Of a stretch of 64,000 bases of DNA, positions 49,694 through 63,084 are shown piece after piece. Below the pieces are notes generated by a model. The model ran no database searches, was not told the DNA's origin, and was given only the letters and a program-made list of their open reading frames with translations. The stretch covers positions 1,181,228-1,245,227 of the forward strand of contig JASGHJ010000001.1 in NCBI GenBank assembly GCA_047602405.1, written 5' to 3'. Each line of letters starts with the position of its first letter. Positions within the stretch are counted from its first letter, which is position 1. The position numbers and the translations under genes were made by a program. Origin of the DNA: Anaeromyxobacteraceae bacterium. Its GTDB lineage: Bacteria > Myxococcota > Myxococcia > Myxococcales > Anaeromyxobacteraceae.

Positions 49694-49877
49694 GGTGGCT
49701 TCTCCTTGAAAAGGTGGACGATCGAGCGTGATAGCGGATGCGCTTCACGCGGCCCACCGGAAACATCCCGACCCCCCATCGCGATTCCGGCTTGCGAGGC
49801 GCACCTCTCGGTACACCTCCGCACCCGAGCCGATGAGGCCGTGGGGACGTCCCGGATGTGAGACGACACGGCGCCGG

Positions 49878-50306
49878 CTACTGCCGGCCGCGTGATCTGA
49901 GCACGGCGCGGATCTCGACGAGATCGTGCAAATCGCCGCGCCCCATTCCTTCACACTGCTGCGCCTCCCGGTCCCAGGCCTTCGCGGACCGCAGGTGCTC
50001 TGGCCAGAACGGATAAGTCCGGCACTGCCGCGGCCGCTCCGGGTAGACCGTGCAGCCGTCCTTCCAGAGCGCGCAGTCGCCGTCGTCGGTGAGCCGGATC
50101 GTCTCCTGGCCGTCCACCCGGCGGACGTACTTGCGGTCAAACGCGGCCGCGGTCATGCCGAGGTGCTCGGCCATCCGGCCGAGCTCGTACTCGGTCGCGT
50201 AGACCACGCCCTCGTGCCCGCCGCGGCAACAGCCGTGACAGCCGGTGCACTCGAAGCGCAGGCCCCCGGCGTACCACGGCTGCTTCGGATCACGCGAAGG
50301 GGCCAT
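49878..50306 (-). CDS. YkgJ family cysteine-cluster protein
   Basis: FECTGCHGCC, CTVYPERPRQCRTYPFW. Confidence 0.9.
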   Translation of the reverse strand: MAPSRDPKQPWYAGGLRFECTGCHGCCRGGHEGVVYATEYELGRMAEHLGMTAAAFDRKYVRRVDGQETIRLTDDGDCALWKDGCTVYPERPRQCRTYPFWPEHLRSAKAWDREAQQCEGMGRGDLHDLVEIRAVLRSRGRQ

Positions 50307-50307
50307 G

Positions 50308-50796
50308 TCAGTCCCGGAAGTTCTGGAACTGCAGCGGCAGGCCCAGCGCGGCGCCGCGGATGCGCTGCATGGCTGCCTGCAGGTCGTCCTTCTTCTTGCC
50401 GCTGATCCGCACCGCCTCGCCCTGGATCGCCGCCTGCACCTTGAGGCCCGACTCCTTCATGAGGAGCACGAGCTTCTTCGCCTCCGGCTGCGGGATCCCC
50501 TTCTTCAGCTTCACGAGCTGCTTCACCGCACCGCCGGCGGCGGGCTCGACCTTCTGCGGGTCGATGCCCTCGAGCGGCACGCTGCGCTTCGCGAGCTTCT
50601 CCATGAGGACGCCCAGGGCCGCCTCGCAGCGCCCGTCGCTCGAGGCCTTCACGAGGATCGAGCCGTCCGCCTCGCGGGAGAGGTCGGTGTTCGTGCCCTT
50701 GAAGTCGAACCGCTGCGCGAGCTCCTTGCGCGCCTGGTTGAAGGCGTTCTCGACCTCCTGCAGGTTCAGCTCGCTCACCACGTCGAAGCTCGGCAA
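50308..50796 (-). CDS. yajQ: YajQ family cyclic di-GMP-binding protein
   Basis: PSFDVVSE, QRFDFKG, IQGEAVRISGKKKDDLQ, LQFQNFRD; TTG start behind GGAGG. Confidence 0.95.
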   Translation of the reverse strand: MPSFDVVSELNLQEVENAFNQARKELAQRFDFKGTNTDLSREADGSILVKASSDGRCEAALGVLMEKLAKRSVPLEGIDPQKVEPAAGGAVKQLVKLKKGIPQPEAKKLVLLMKESGLKVQAAIQGEAVRISGKKKDDLQAAMQRIRGAALGLPLQFQNFRD

Positions 50797-50810
50797 GGTT
50801 CCTCCAGGGA

Positions 50811-52461
50811 TCACAGCTCCAGGACCACCGGCAGCACCGCCGGCCGCCGCGCGCCGGAGCGCCGGAAGAACCGGCGCACCGACGTCCGCAGCACCTCCTG
50901 CACCTCGTTCACGTCCATCCGCGCCGCGGGCGAGAGCTCCTCGAGCGCGCGCACCACGTCGCCGCGCACCTCCGCCTCGGCGAGGTCGAACCCCGCCACG
51001 CCCCGCGCGTACAGCTCCGGCCCTCGCACGACCGCGCCGCTCGCCTTCTCGACCACCAGCACCGCGATGACGAGCCCGGCCTCGGCGAGGAGCCGGCGGT
51101 CCTTGATGACGAGCGGCCCCACCTCGTCGCCGATGAGCGCGTCGCGGTCGACGTAGACGCGCCCGGTCGCCGCGGTCTCCCGCACGCGCGCGCCCAGGTC
51201 GTCGAGCTCGAGCACCTGCCCGTCCACGATGAGGTGCCGCCCGGCCACGCCCTCCGCCGCGGCGTGGGCGGCGTGGCGCGCGAGGTGGCGGTACTCGCCG
51301 TGGATCGGCACGAAGTGCTCGGGCCGGGCGAGCGCGATGAGCCGGCGCTGCTCGTCCTGGTGCGCGTGGCCGGAGACGTGGAGCGGCGTGAGCCCCTCGT
51401 ACGCCACCTCGGCGCCGCGGCGGCAGACCTCGTTCACGACCTGCCCGACCGCGATCTCGTTCCCCGGGATGAACCGCGAGGAGAGGATCACGAGGTCGCC
51501 GGGCTCGATGGAGAGGTCCGGGTGATCGCCACGCGCGAGGCGGGCGAGCGCGGCCCGGGGCTCGCCCTGGGTGCCGGTCGTGAGGACGCAGAGCTCCCGC
51601 GGCGGGAGGTCCCGGGCCTGGTCGGCGCCGATGGGCTGCCAGGGCGCGATCTCGAGGAGCCCGAGCTGCCGCGCGGTCGCGACGTTCGCCTCCATCGCGC
51701 GGCCGAGGAAGCAGAGCCTGCGGCCGGTGGCGCGCGCGGCGCTCGCGATCTGCTGGATGCGGTGCACGTTCGACGCGAAGCAGGCGACGAACACCCGCCC
51801 GCGCACGGTCGCCATGTGCCTCTTCCAGGGTCGGCCCGACGAGCGACTCCGAGAGCGACGAGCCCGGGCGCTCGGCGTTCGTCGAGTCGCTCATGAGGAG
51901 CCGCACGCCCTTCCGGCCGAGCGCCTCGATGCGGGCGAGGTCGGTCTGCGGGCCCGCGACCGGGTGCGCGTCCAGCTTGAAGTCGCCGGAGTGGAGCAGG
52001 GTGCCCTGCGGCGTCTGGAGCGCGAGGCCGCAGGCGTCGGGGATGGAGTGGGTGACCGCGATCCACTCCGCCGAGATGGGCGCGGCGTCGCCCGCCGGCC
52101 GCACGTCGCCGGGCTGCACCTCGCGCAGGTCCGCCTCCACGCCGGACTCGGCGAGCCGGGGCCGGAGCAGCGCGAGCGTGAAGCGGGTGCCGTAGACCGG
52201 CACCTTCACCTCGCGCAGGAGGAGGGGCAGCGCCCCGACGTGGTCCTCGTGGCCGTGCGTGAGGAAGACCGCGCCGATCTGCTCCTTCCGCTCCCGGAGC
52301 CAGGCGAAGTCCGGCGCGATGACGTCGACGCCGATGTTCTCGTTCGGGAACATGACCCCGCAGTCGACGACCGCGATGCGGCCGTCGGCCTCGACGGCCA
52401 TGCAGTTCATGCCGACCTCGCCGAGGCCTCCGAGCGGGACGATGCGGACGGGGGGTGCCAC
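50811..52461 (-). CDS. rnj: Ribonuclease J; frameshift at about 51820
   Basis: PLGGLGEVGMN, THGHEDHVG, HSIPD, DSTNAE, FASNVHR, HVSGHA, PIHGEYRH. Confidence 0.95.
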
Positions 52462-52778
52462 AGGGCGGACAAGATAACCGCTCCCGGGTCCTCGGTGCCG
52501 GACGGAGGCGAGAGCGAGGATCCGGGCTCCCTGGTTCCCGGATCCCCGCTCTCCGCGGCCGTGGCGCCCGGCGGTCGGGCGGCGCACGGCACCTCTTTCG
52601 GAAGGGGCCGGCGTACACGGCCCCCACTGATTGAGAACACGCGAACCGCCGGATGTGACCGGACACCGTGAACCCCGGGCGGGCCGGGCCGAAAAGGGTT
52701 ATCCTTCGCGGCCTTGCATCGTGTCCGGCACCGGCCTCCCCGGCCGCCCCGCCGGCCAGGAACCGACCGCACGCCGCC

Positions 52779-55156
<2,378 letters not shown>

Positions 55157-55160
<4 letters not shown>

Positions 55161-56908
55161 GCTCCGGACCCGTTCGCCCTGAGCCTGTCGAAGGGCGAAC
55201 GCGGAAGGCCGCATCCTGGCTCCCTCCGCTCGTCCTCACCGTGCTCGTCCTCGCCGTCTTCGCGCAGACGTCCGGGTTCGGCTTCGTCAACCTCGACGAC
55301 GACCATTACGTCTACGAGAACCGCCACGTCCTCGCGGGCCTCGGCCGCGCCGGCGCCGCCTGGGCGTTCGGCGGCTTCCACGTCTGGAACTACCACCCGC
55401 TCACCTGGCTCTCGCACATGGCCGACGTCTCGCTGTTCGGCCCCGGGCCCGGGCCGATGCACGCGGTCAACGTCGCGCTCCACCTCGCCGCCGCGCTGCT
55501 CCTCTTCGCGTTCCTCCGCGCCGCCACCGGCTCCACCGTGCGGAGCGCCGCCGTCGCCGCCCTGTTCGCGGTCCACCCGCTCCACGTCGAGTCGGTCGCC
55601 TGGATCTCCGAGCGGAAGGACGTCCTCTCGACCGCGCTCGGCTTCGCGGCGCTCCTCGCCTGGGTCCCCTGGGCGCGCCGGGGCTCGCGGCCGGCCTACG
55701 CCGCGTCGCTCGCGCTCTTCGCGCTCTCGCTCCTCGCGAAGCCGATGCTCGTCACGCTGCCCGCGCTGCTCCTCGTGCTCGATTTCTGGCCGTTCGGGCG
55801 CCTTTCACCACCGCTCGTCCCGAGCGCAAGGGCCGCGGAGCGGCCCTGGAGTCGAGGGACCCTCCTCCTCGAGAAGCTCCCCTTCCTCGCGCTCTCCGCG
55901 GCCTCCTCCGCGGTCACCGTGGCCGCGCAGGCGAGCGGCGGCGGCGCGGACTCCGCGGTCGTGCACCTGCCGTTCGCCCTGCGGCTCGAGAACGCGGTCG
56001 CCTCGGTCGGCGCGTACCTCGGCCAGACCTTCTGGCCCGCGGGGCTCTCCGCGTTCTACCCGCACCCGGCCTCCGCGGGCGGGCCGCCGCTCGCCGCGGT
56101 CTCGGGCGGCGCGGCCGCGCTCCTCGTCGTGAGCGTGCTCGCGTTCAGGGAGCGGTTCCGCCGGCCCTGGATCGCCGCGGGGTGGTGCTGGTTCCTCGGC
56201 GCGCTCGTGCCGGTCATCGGCCTCGTGCAGGTCGGCTCCCAGGCCCGCGCGGACCGCTACACCTACGTGCCGCTCGTCGGCGTCTTCATCGTGGTCGCCT
56301 GGGCGGCCGGCGAGCTCGCCTCCCGCAGCCAGGCCGCCCGGCAGGCCGTGGTGGTCACCGGCATCGCGGCCGTGCTCGCGCTCGCGTGGGTCGCGCACCG
56401 ACAGGCCGGCGTCTGGCAGGACGCGGAGTCCCTGCAGCGGCACGCGCTCGCGGTGGACGGACGGAACTGGAAGGCCTGGCAGGGGCTCTGCTCGGCGGAG
56501 CTCGACGCCGGTGGCCTCGACGAGGCCGCGCGCTCCTGCGAGGAGGCGCTGCGCCTCCTGCCCACGTTCCACGACGCGTGGAACACGCTCGGCGTCGTCC
56601 GCGCGCGGCAGGGCAACCACGCGGGCGCGCTCCGGCACTTCGAGCGCGCGCTCGAGCTCAGGCCGGGGTGGTACCTCGCGCTCCGGAACGCGGGCGCCGC
56701 GCTCGGGAACCTCGGGCGGCCGGGTGAGGCCGCGCTGCGCCTCGCGGAGGCCGTGGCCGAGCGGCCCGACGAGCCGGACGCGTGGGCGATGCTCGCCACC
56801 GCCTGCGCCGACGCCGGCGACCTCGTCAACGCCCGCGCCGCGCTCGCGCGGCTCGAGGCGATCGACCCGGAACGCGCGGCCCGGGTGCGGGCGCGGCGCA
56901 CCTTCTAG
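55157..56908 (+). CDS. TMTC-like multi-TM protein (putative GT-C glycosyltransferase) with C-terminal TPRs
   Basis: LDDDHYVYEN, YHPLTWLSH, HPLHVESVAWISERKD, ADRYTY; TPRs; GTG overlaps helicase stop. Confidence 0.85.
55170..55201 (+). repeat. Short related palindrome, copy E, in the first codons of the TMTC-like gene
   Basis: CCGTTCGCCCTGAGCCTGTCGAAGGGCGAACG, encodes VRPEPVEGR. Confidence 0.65.
55811..55860 (+). repeat. REP-like copy C, in frame inside the TMTC-like gene
   Basis: CCGCTCGTCCCGAGCGCAA-GGGCCGC-GGA-GCGGCCC-TGGAGTCGAGGGAC. Confidence 0.75.
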
Positions 56909-56918
56909 GTTGCCACCC

Positions 56919-56969
56919 CGTCCCTCGACTCCGCCGCCGCTTCGCGGCGGCTACGCTCGGGATGAACGG
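56919..56969 (-). repeat. REP-like copy D, supplies the last codons and stop of the VOC gene
   Basis: CCGTTCATCCCGAGCGTAG-CCGCCGC-GAA-GCGGCGG-CGGAGTCGAGGGACG on the minus strand. Confidence 0.8.
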
Positions 56970-57376
56970 GTCGGTTCAGCCACCTCATCGTATCCAAGCC
57001 CCAGGAACTGCAGCAGGCAGAACCCGTTGCCGAACGGGTCGGCCAGCATCGCGATCCGGCCCCACCGCTTCTCCTTCGGTCCACCCTCGAGCTTCGCGCC
57101 GGCCGCGACGGCGCGGGCGACGGCGCCCTCGAGGTCGTCCACCGCGAGGTCGACGTGCACCGGGGTCCAGTGCCGGCCGTACTCGCGCCGCACGTTCACG
57201 CCGGGCACCGGCGCGGAGCCCTCCTCGTTCGCGAGGAGGTACAGCGGCGCCTCGAGGCCCAGGAGCTCGACCGCGAACGGCCCGAACCGCCGCCCCGGCG
57301 TGAGGCCGAGCGCCGCCACGTAGAACCGCTCCGCCGCCGCGAGGTCCGGCACGTCCACGTTCACGAGGAGCCTCAT
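56951..57376 (-). CDS. VOC (glyoxalase-like) family protein
   Basis: NVDVPDL..AERFY, HVDLAVDDL, DPFGNGFCL. Confidence 0.9.
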   Translation of the reverse strand: MRLLVNVDVPDLAAAERFYVAALGLTPGRRFGPFAVELLGLEAPLYLLANEEGSAPVPGVNVRREYGRHWTPVHVDLAVDDLEGAVARAVAAGAKLEGGPKEKRWGRIAMLADPFGNGFCLLQFLGLGYDEVAEPTRSSRA

Positions 57377-57422
57377 GCACGCCGGTGTACCGGCCGCGCG
57401 GCCCCGGCGCTACAACCCGGGC

Positions 57423-58193
57423 ATGGATCTCGGACTCGCAGGGAAGGTGGCGGTGGTCACGGGCGGGAGCCGCGGCATCGGCCGGGCGATCGCCGAGGAG
57501 CTCGCGCGCGAGGGTGCGAGGGTCGCCATCGGCGCGCGCGGCGAGGGCCCGCTCGCGGACGCGCTCGAGGCGCTCCAGGAGGCGGGGCCCGGCCCGCACC
57601 TCGGCGTCACCGCGGACCTCGAGACCGACGCCGGCGTGGAGGCGCTCGTGTCCGGCGCCGCCGAGGCGCTCGGCGGCGTGGACCTCGTCGTCGCGAACCT
57701 CGGCGGCGCGGGGGCCCGCACCCACGCGGCCGCCGACGAGGCCGACTTCCGCGCCATCGTCGAGCGGAACTTCTTCTCCGCGCTGAAGCTCGTGCGCCGC
57801 AGCCTGCCCGAGCTCCGCCGGCGCGGCGGCGGGGCGGTCGTGCTCGTGACGTCGATCTGGGGGCGGGAGACCGGCGGCGGCCCGTCCTACAACGCCGCGA
57901 AGGCCGCGGAGCTCTCGCTCGCGGCCTCGCTCGGCCGGGAGCTCCTGCCCGAGAACATCCGCGTGAACGCCGTCGCCCCCGGCTCCATCGAGTTCCCCGG
58001 CGGCGGCTGGGCGAGGCGCCGCGCGGCCGACCCGCAGGGCATCGCCGAGTTCGTGAGGCGCGAGCTCCCCGGTGGCCGCATGGGCCGGCCGGAGGAGGTC
58101 GCCGCGGTCGTCGCCTTCCTGCTGTCCGCGCGCGCGAGCTGGGTCAGCGGCGCGTGCTGGACCGTCGACGGCGGGCAGTCGCGGGCGTTCTGA
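57423..58193 (+). CDS. SDR family oxidoreductase
   Basis: TGGSRGIG, YNAAK, RVNAVAPG, VDGG. Confidence 0.95.
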   Translation: MDLGLAGKVAVVTGGSRGIGRAIAEELAREGARVAIGARGEGPLADALEALQEAGPGPHLGVTADLETDAGVEALVSGAAEALGGVDLVVANLGGAGARTHAAADEADFRAIVERNFFSALKLVRRSLPELRRRGGGAVVLVTSIWGRETGGGPSYNAAKAAELSLAASLGRELLPENIRVNAVAPGSIEFPGGGWARRRAADPQGIAEFVRRELPGGRMGRPEEVAAVVAFLLSARASWVSGACWTVDGGQSRAF

Positions 58194-58346
58194 CGCGGAG
58201 GCGGCCCCGGAGAGCGACCCGAGGTGCGAGCGGGCCTCGGTGCGACTGCCGCCTTTTCCGATCCGGACGCCCGTCGCACAACGTGCGAGGTTCACCGCGA
58301 GGAGACACATCGAGGCGGGGCGGCCGGCTCCGCTAGGCTGGCCGCC

Positions 58347-58931
58347 GTGAACGAGTACATCCGCAATCCGAGGCGGTTCCCGCGCCTCCCCGTGCGCTGC
58401 ACGGTCCGGGTCGGGCTGCGCGGCGGGGGCTTCGTGCGAGCGCACACCGACGCGGTCGGCCCTGGCGGCTGCGGCGGCACGACCCCGTGGCGCCTCCCCA
58501 CCGAGGAGCGGGCCTTCGTGGAGCTGCGGCACGAGCGGCTCCTCGAGCCGTGCCTGCTCTCGGGAAAGGTGGTCTGGTCGTCGAACGACGCGCCCAGCCG
58601 CTGGGGCATCGCGTTCGATCCCGAGTCCGAGGCGGTCGCCGCGACGCTGTTCGGCCAGCTCGCCGCCGCGCACCCCGAGCTCCCGGTGCGCTCGCCGACC
58701 CCCGGGATCGACGGCGAGGCGCTGCTCGTACCCACGACGAGGCTGGAGCGGCTCGCGTCGCTGCGGCCCCCCGAGGAGGACCTCGTCGGCATGCTGGGCG
58801 ACGGCAAGCGGGCCGCCGTGCTCCGGGAGGAGCTCGGCGAGCGGTGGGATCACTACGTCAATCCACTCTTCGCCCTCCTCGACCGCCAGGCCGTCGAGCT
58901 GCGCGCGCCCACCCGCTGGCGGCCCGACTGA
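58347..58931 (+). CDS. PilZ-domain protein
   Basis: RRFPR and DAVGPGG motifs; GKVVW..WGIAF. Confidence 0.75.
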   Translation: MNEYIRNPRRFPRLPVRCTVRVGLRGGGFVRAHTDAVGPGGCGGTTPWRLPTEERAFVELRHERLLEPCLLSGKVVWSSNDAPSRWGIAFDPESEAVAATLFGQLAAAHPELPVRSPTPGIDGEALLVPTTRLERLASLRPPEEDLVGMLGDGKRAAVLREELGERWDHYVNPLFALLDRQAVELRAPTRWRPD

Positions 58932-58962
58932 GCGGCCGCGCCCTGCGCCCCGGGGACCACCC

Positions 58963-59700
58963 TCAGCGCACGAGCCGCCCCCACCCCGCCGCGACGTCCA
59001 TCGTCGACGCCACCCCGGCGTGAAGCAGGGCGCCCCACCAGAAGCTCCGGGTGCGGATCGCGAGGTACCCGAGCGCGATCGCCGCGACGACCGCGCCGAG
59101 GGCCTCGGGCTCGGGCTTCGCGTGGTGCTCGAGCGCGAAGGGCAGGGCGAGCACGTAGATCGCGGGCAGGCCCACGCGCCGGTACAGCCCGAAGAGCAGG
59201 AAGCCGCGCCAGAGCGCCTCCCACGCGACGAAGTAGAGCCCGTAGGCCGCCTCGTACACGAGGAAGAGGCCCGCGGACGCGGTGGCGCCGTCCGCGAGGG
59301 GGTACTTCGCGCCGAAGACCGGCGTCCGCGCCGCGACGAGCACGGCGGGCACCATCACGACCCAGAGCGCGCCCGCCACCGCGAGCCCGAGCCGCGCGCG
59401 CCCGGGGCCGTAGCCGTACTCGCGGAGCGGCTCGCGGAGGAGCGCGAGCAGCAGGAGCGGCGCGAGGAGGAAGAGCACGGCGTCGCCTGCGAACCAGCCG
59501 AGGTGCGGCGCGATGGCGCCCCACGCGCCGAGGTCGCGGCCGGCGAGGAGCCGGGACACGTTCGCGGGCCGGACGTGGTGCTGTGAGAAGACGAGGAGCA
59601 CGGCCGCAGCGCAGGGGATCGTGACCGCGGCGGCGTCGAGCCTCCCGAGGTGCGGCACCGGGGGGAGCTCCCGGTGGAGCCAGGCGGAGAGGGCGCGCAT
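58963..59700 (-). CDS. CPBP family intramembrane protease
   Basis: WEALWRGFLLFG, PFALEHHAKPEPE, RTRSFWWGALLH. Confidence 0.85.
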   Translation of the reverse strand: MRALSAWLHRELPPVPHLGRLDAAAVTIPCAAAVLLVFSQHHVRPANVSRLLAGRDLGAWGAIAPHLGWFAGDAVLFLLAPLLLLALLREPLREYGYGPGRARLGLAVAGALWVVMVPAVLVAARTPVFGAKYPLADGATASAGLFLVYEAAYGLYFVAWEALWRGFLLFGLYRRVGLPAIYVLALPFALEHHAKPEPEALGAVVAAIALGYLAIRTRSFWWGALLHAGVASTMDVAAGWGRLVR

Positions 59701-59709
59701 GCAAGGAGC

Positions 59710-61920
59710 TCAGCAGCCGGCCCGCCGGACGTGGACGTGGCCGTCCGCGTCGAGCCAGCCGATGACGCCGAGGTTCACCGAGAAGTCACGGACCTCCCCG
59801 GGCACGCCGGCGTTCACGGGCACGGGCTGCAGCTCCCAGCCGCCGTTCCATCGCCGGCTGAGCAGCAGATCGTTGCCGGAGGTGTCGCGCTCGATCCAGT
59901 ACACCGTGGGCACCGGCGCCCAGGGGTCGAGCACCGCGCCCCGCGCCGCGCGCGACGGATCCACGGCGAGCTCCGACGGCGCCTCGAAGACGAGGCCGTC
60001 ATGCGACACGCTCACGACCGGGCGTCCGCCCTCGGTCCACGCGACGGCTTGCCATCCATCGCGGCCCCACAAGGATGGGGCCACGGCGTCCTGCGCGAGC
60101 GCGGCGATCGACGGGATGGGCTCCCAGAGCGGCGGCGCCCTGTACCGCACGCGGGCCCCGGCCAGGCGCCCGTTCTCGCCCGGCGCGGCCTCCGTCCACA
60201 CCGCGTAGATCCAGTCCAGCGTGTCGAACGTGTCCGGGCCGGTCTGGACGCGCACCGTCCAGGACGCGAGCGCCGGCTCGTCGGCGGAGCGCGGCGCAGC
60301 GGGCGGCGGAGGGTCGAAGGGGAACTGGTACATCCGGATCACCCGGCCACCTCCGTCCACCGATTCCGACCAGGCGACGAGGCCCTTCCCGAGGAGCGTG
60401 AACGGGTGGCGCGCGTCCTGCGCCGGGTCGATGTTGTGGGATGCGCCGTTGACGATGACCTGCCCCGGCCCCCCGCCTGCGGACTCGATCCAGGCACGAT
60501 CGGAGGGCTCACGTGCCACCGCCCCGACGGCTCCGGGCATGTACCGGTGCCACTCCACGGTCGGCGGGTACGTGTTGAGGCGCGCGAGGTACTGGCTGAC
60601 GAGCCGGCCGGCGTCCGCCGTGCCCGGCGCCGCCACCGCGAGCACGGTGTCGGCGTCGTAGAAGTTGGGGAGGGGTGGGTAGCACGCGTTCGGGAGGGCG
60701 ACCGAGAGCTCGGTGTAGGCGCCTTCCATCGGCGGAAACGGCTCGAGCCACGTGGTCTGGCCGCGATCGCACGAGACCGTCGAGCGCAGCCCCACCTCGT
60801 CCTCGACCGTGGCGACGAGGTGCTGCGAGCGCCAGAGCGGCCCGAGGTCGGTGGCCCAGGTCGGGCAGATCTGCTGCGCCGTCGAGCTCGTGCTCCCGTA
60901 CGTCACCGTCGCGGTGTCCGCGCCGAACCTCACGGCGGCCTCCACCACGCGAGCGGGCTCGTCGAGCGAGACCACGAAGCAGCCCGGGGCGGTGTCGATG
61001 CAGCGGACGAGCGCGGGCGGGCTGCGGTCCACCCGGATCCAGGGCGCGTCGCCCTGGAGGGTGAGGTCCGAGTCGCCCTGCGGGGTGGCCTCGACCTTGT
61101 AGAGGCCCTCGGGGACCTGGGTGGTGTCCCAGGCGAGCGTCCAGCCTCCGGCGGCGTCGATCCTGCCGATCCGGAGGGAACCTGCGGTGAGCTCGATGTA
61201 GCTCGGCGGATCGCCGGAGACGGGCTCGAGCCGCAGCGCCACGGTCCCCGGCGTGGCCTGGGACGCCGTCCGCCAGGCGAAGGTGGACGCCTTCCCGGCG
61301 AGGCGCGTCCAGGTGAAGCTCCACCCGCCGGGGGCGGGCGGGTCGACGATGGTCGGCGCCACCTCGAGGGTCGCCTCGCCGACGCGGTCCAGGCTCTGCC
61401 CGAGCGCGACGCGCAGCGTGTGCCCGTCGGGCAGCACCGACGCGATCGACGGCCGCCCGGCGAAGACGGCGTCGTGGGCGGCGAGCTCCGGCACGAGCGG
61501 CCGCGTGAACCGGATCTCGACCACGAGCGGCGTGTCGGTCATCGGGTCGGCCGCCGGGTAGGCGCCGTCCGGCGGCTCCACGGACGTGACGAGCTCGCGC
61601 CCGCGCCTCACGCGCAGGGTCCGCTTCACCGATCGCGCGGACGAACCGTCGAGCGCGCGCGCGACGAGCACGTGGGTCCCCTCGCGCAGCCCGGGATCGA
61701 GGGCGACGCCGAGGGGGACGTTGGCGGGGAAAGCGCCGGGGATCCGCTCGCCGTCGACCTCGAGCGCGATGCGCCGCACCGGCCCGCGCACCTCGAGCGC
61801 GACCCAGGCGCCGCCGGACAGCTCCCCCTCCGGCAGCAGGGTGAGCTCGCCCGAGTCGGAGAGCACGCAGCCCGCGAGGGCGGGGAGGAGCACGGCGAGG
61901 GCGAGGCGTCGCGCGGTCAC
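59710..61920 (-). CDS. Hypothetical lipoprotein with Ig-like N-terminus and propeller-like C-terminus
   Basis: GTGA overlap; lipobox LAGC; Big-like VTSVEPPDG..IRFTRP segment; repeated AWxE motifs. Confidence 0.7.
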   Translation of the reverse strand: MTARRLALAVLLPALAGCVLSDSGELTLLPEGELSGGAWVALEVRGPVRRIALEVDGERIPGAFPANVPLGVALDPGLREGTHVLVARALDGSSARSVKRTLRVRRGRELVTSVEPPDGAYPAADPMTDTPLVVEIRFTRPLVPELAAHDAVFAGRPSIASVLPDGHTLRVALGQSLDRVGEATLEVAPTIVDPPAPGGWSFTWTRLAGKASTFAWRTASQATPGTVALRLEPVSGDPPSYIELTAGSLRIGRIDAAGGWTLAWDTTQVPEGLYKVEATPQGDSDLTLQGDAPWIRVDRSPPALVRCIDTAPGCFVVSLDEPARVVEAAVRFGADTATVTYGSTSSTAQQICPTWATDLGPLWRSQHLVATVEDEVGLRSTVSCDRGQTTWLEPFPPMEGAYTELSVALPNACYPPLPNFYDADTVLAVAAPGTADAGRLVSQYLARLNTYPPTVEWHRYMPGAVGAVAREPSDRAWIESAGGGPGQVIVNGASHNIDPAQDARHPFTLLGKGLVAWSESVDGGGRVIRMYQFPFDPPPPAAPRSADEPALASWTVRVQTGPDTFDTLDWIYAVWTEAAPGENGRLAGARVRYRAPPLWEPIPSIAALAQDAVAPSLWGRDGWQAVAWTEGGRPVVSVSHDGLVFEAPSELAVDPSRAARGAVLDPWAPVPTVYWIERDTSGNDLLLSRRWNGGWELQPVPVNAGVPGEVRDFSVNLGVIGWLDADGHVHVRRAGC

Positions 61921-62972
61921 CAGACCCTCCAGCTGCCATCGAGCGCGACGGCGAACCACGGGACGACCTTCCCGTCCGTCGACGCGAGCGCGCCGGCGTC
62001 GAGCGCGAGGTGTCCGAGCGCCAGCCGCGCGGCGGCCGCCACCGCGCCCGCCGGCGAGGAGCGGCGCGGCGTCCACCAGGTCTCCGCGACGATCGCGACC
62101 CGGCCGGTGAGCCAGGCGGCGCCCGCCGCGCCCACCACGACGGGGTCGAAGCCGCCGAGCCGCGCCGCCGCCGCGACCGGAGGCCCCGCGTACACCGTCG
62201 CGTGGAGGCGTGGGCCGCCGACGCCCGCGGAGCCGTGCAGCGTGGAGGTGCTGGTGCCCTGGGAACGGACCGCGGTGACGCCGGCCGCGAGCCGCACGCC
62301 CGCGACCTCGAGCTGGGCGGTGGCGTCGACGCGGGTGCCGGTGGGCGGGACCGGATCGCCGTAGAGCAGCGGCGCCTCGAGCGCGGCGGAGAGCACGAGC
62401 CAGTCGAAGGCGGCGGTCTCGAGCCCGAGCGGACACTCGAGCGAGCTGCGCAGCGTCCACTCGCCGCGCCGGAGCGCGCCGGGCTGGGGGAGGTGCACGT
62501 AGCGGATGCGGGACGGGTCGGCCCACGTCCGCAGGGGCAGGTCGCGGTCCTGGAACTCGGCGCGGCCGAGGTCCGCCTCGGCCACCTCGAGCTCCGCGCC
62601 GTCGTCGGCACGGATCCGCAGCACGCCGCCGCTGCGCGCGAGGAGGAGGCCCTCCACGGTCCGCGCCTTCGTGACGAGGAGCACGCGCGGCGCGCCGGCC
62701 GGACCGTTCCTCCCCGGCTCGGGGAGGCGCCCCACGATCGCGCCGGGCGCGACGCGGAGCACGGCGTCGCTCGCCAGCGCGATCCCGGGGCTCCCGTCGG
62801 GCTCCACCACGAGCCGCCCCGCGAAGTGGCGGCCGTCGCGGAGCAGGAACAGGCCGCGGTCTCCCGGCCGGGCCGGCAGGGTGAGCGGCGCGTCCACGGG
62901 CTCGACGGCCGGCGCCACGGCCGGATCCGGAGCGAGCGTGAGCGCCAGGAGCGCGAGCGGTGCGAGCAGCAT
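61917..62972 (-). CDS. Hypothetical secreted protein, possible C-terminal beta-barrel
   Basis: Signal peptide; two LL..GR-type small modules; amphipathic strands ending in an aromatic residue. Confidence 0.65.
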   Translation of the reverse strand: MLLAPLALLALTLAPDPAVAPAVEPVDAPLTLPARPGDRGLFLLRDGRHFAGRLVVEPDGSPGIALASDAVLRVAPGAIVGRLPEPGRNGPAGAPRVLLVTKARTVEGLLLARSGGVLRIRADDGAELEVAEADLGRAEFQDRDLPLRTWADPSRIRYVHLPQPGALRRGEWTLRSSLECPLGLETAAFDWLVLSAALEAPLLYGDPVPPTGTRVDATAQLEVAGVRLAAGVTAVRSQGTSTSTLHGSAGVGGPRLHATVYAGPPVAAAARLGGFDPVVVGAAGAAWLTGRVAIVAETWWTPRRSSPAGAVAAAARLALGHLALDAGALASTDGKVVPWFAVALDGSWRVW

Positions 62973-63084
62973 CCGTCCCCCCGGCACCGAGCGTAGCCGA
63001 CGGGGGCGCGGACGCGAAGTGAAGAAGTAGGCCTTCAACCCCGGCGCGAAACGTGTTGTCGTCGGGTGGATGGCGGAGGGGGCT

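Noticed and set aside
52518-52545. GGATCCGGG/CCCGGATCC inverted repeat between rnj and the helicase gene
   Set aside because: Lies upstream of the apparent rnj -10 box, so it is not in that mRNA; no other support
62987-62999. CCGAGCGTAGCCG as another REP copy
   Set aside because: Only 13 nt match, with no hairpin or right flank
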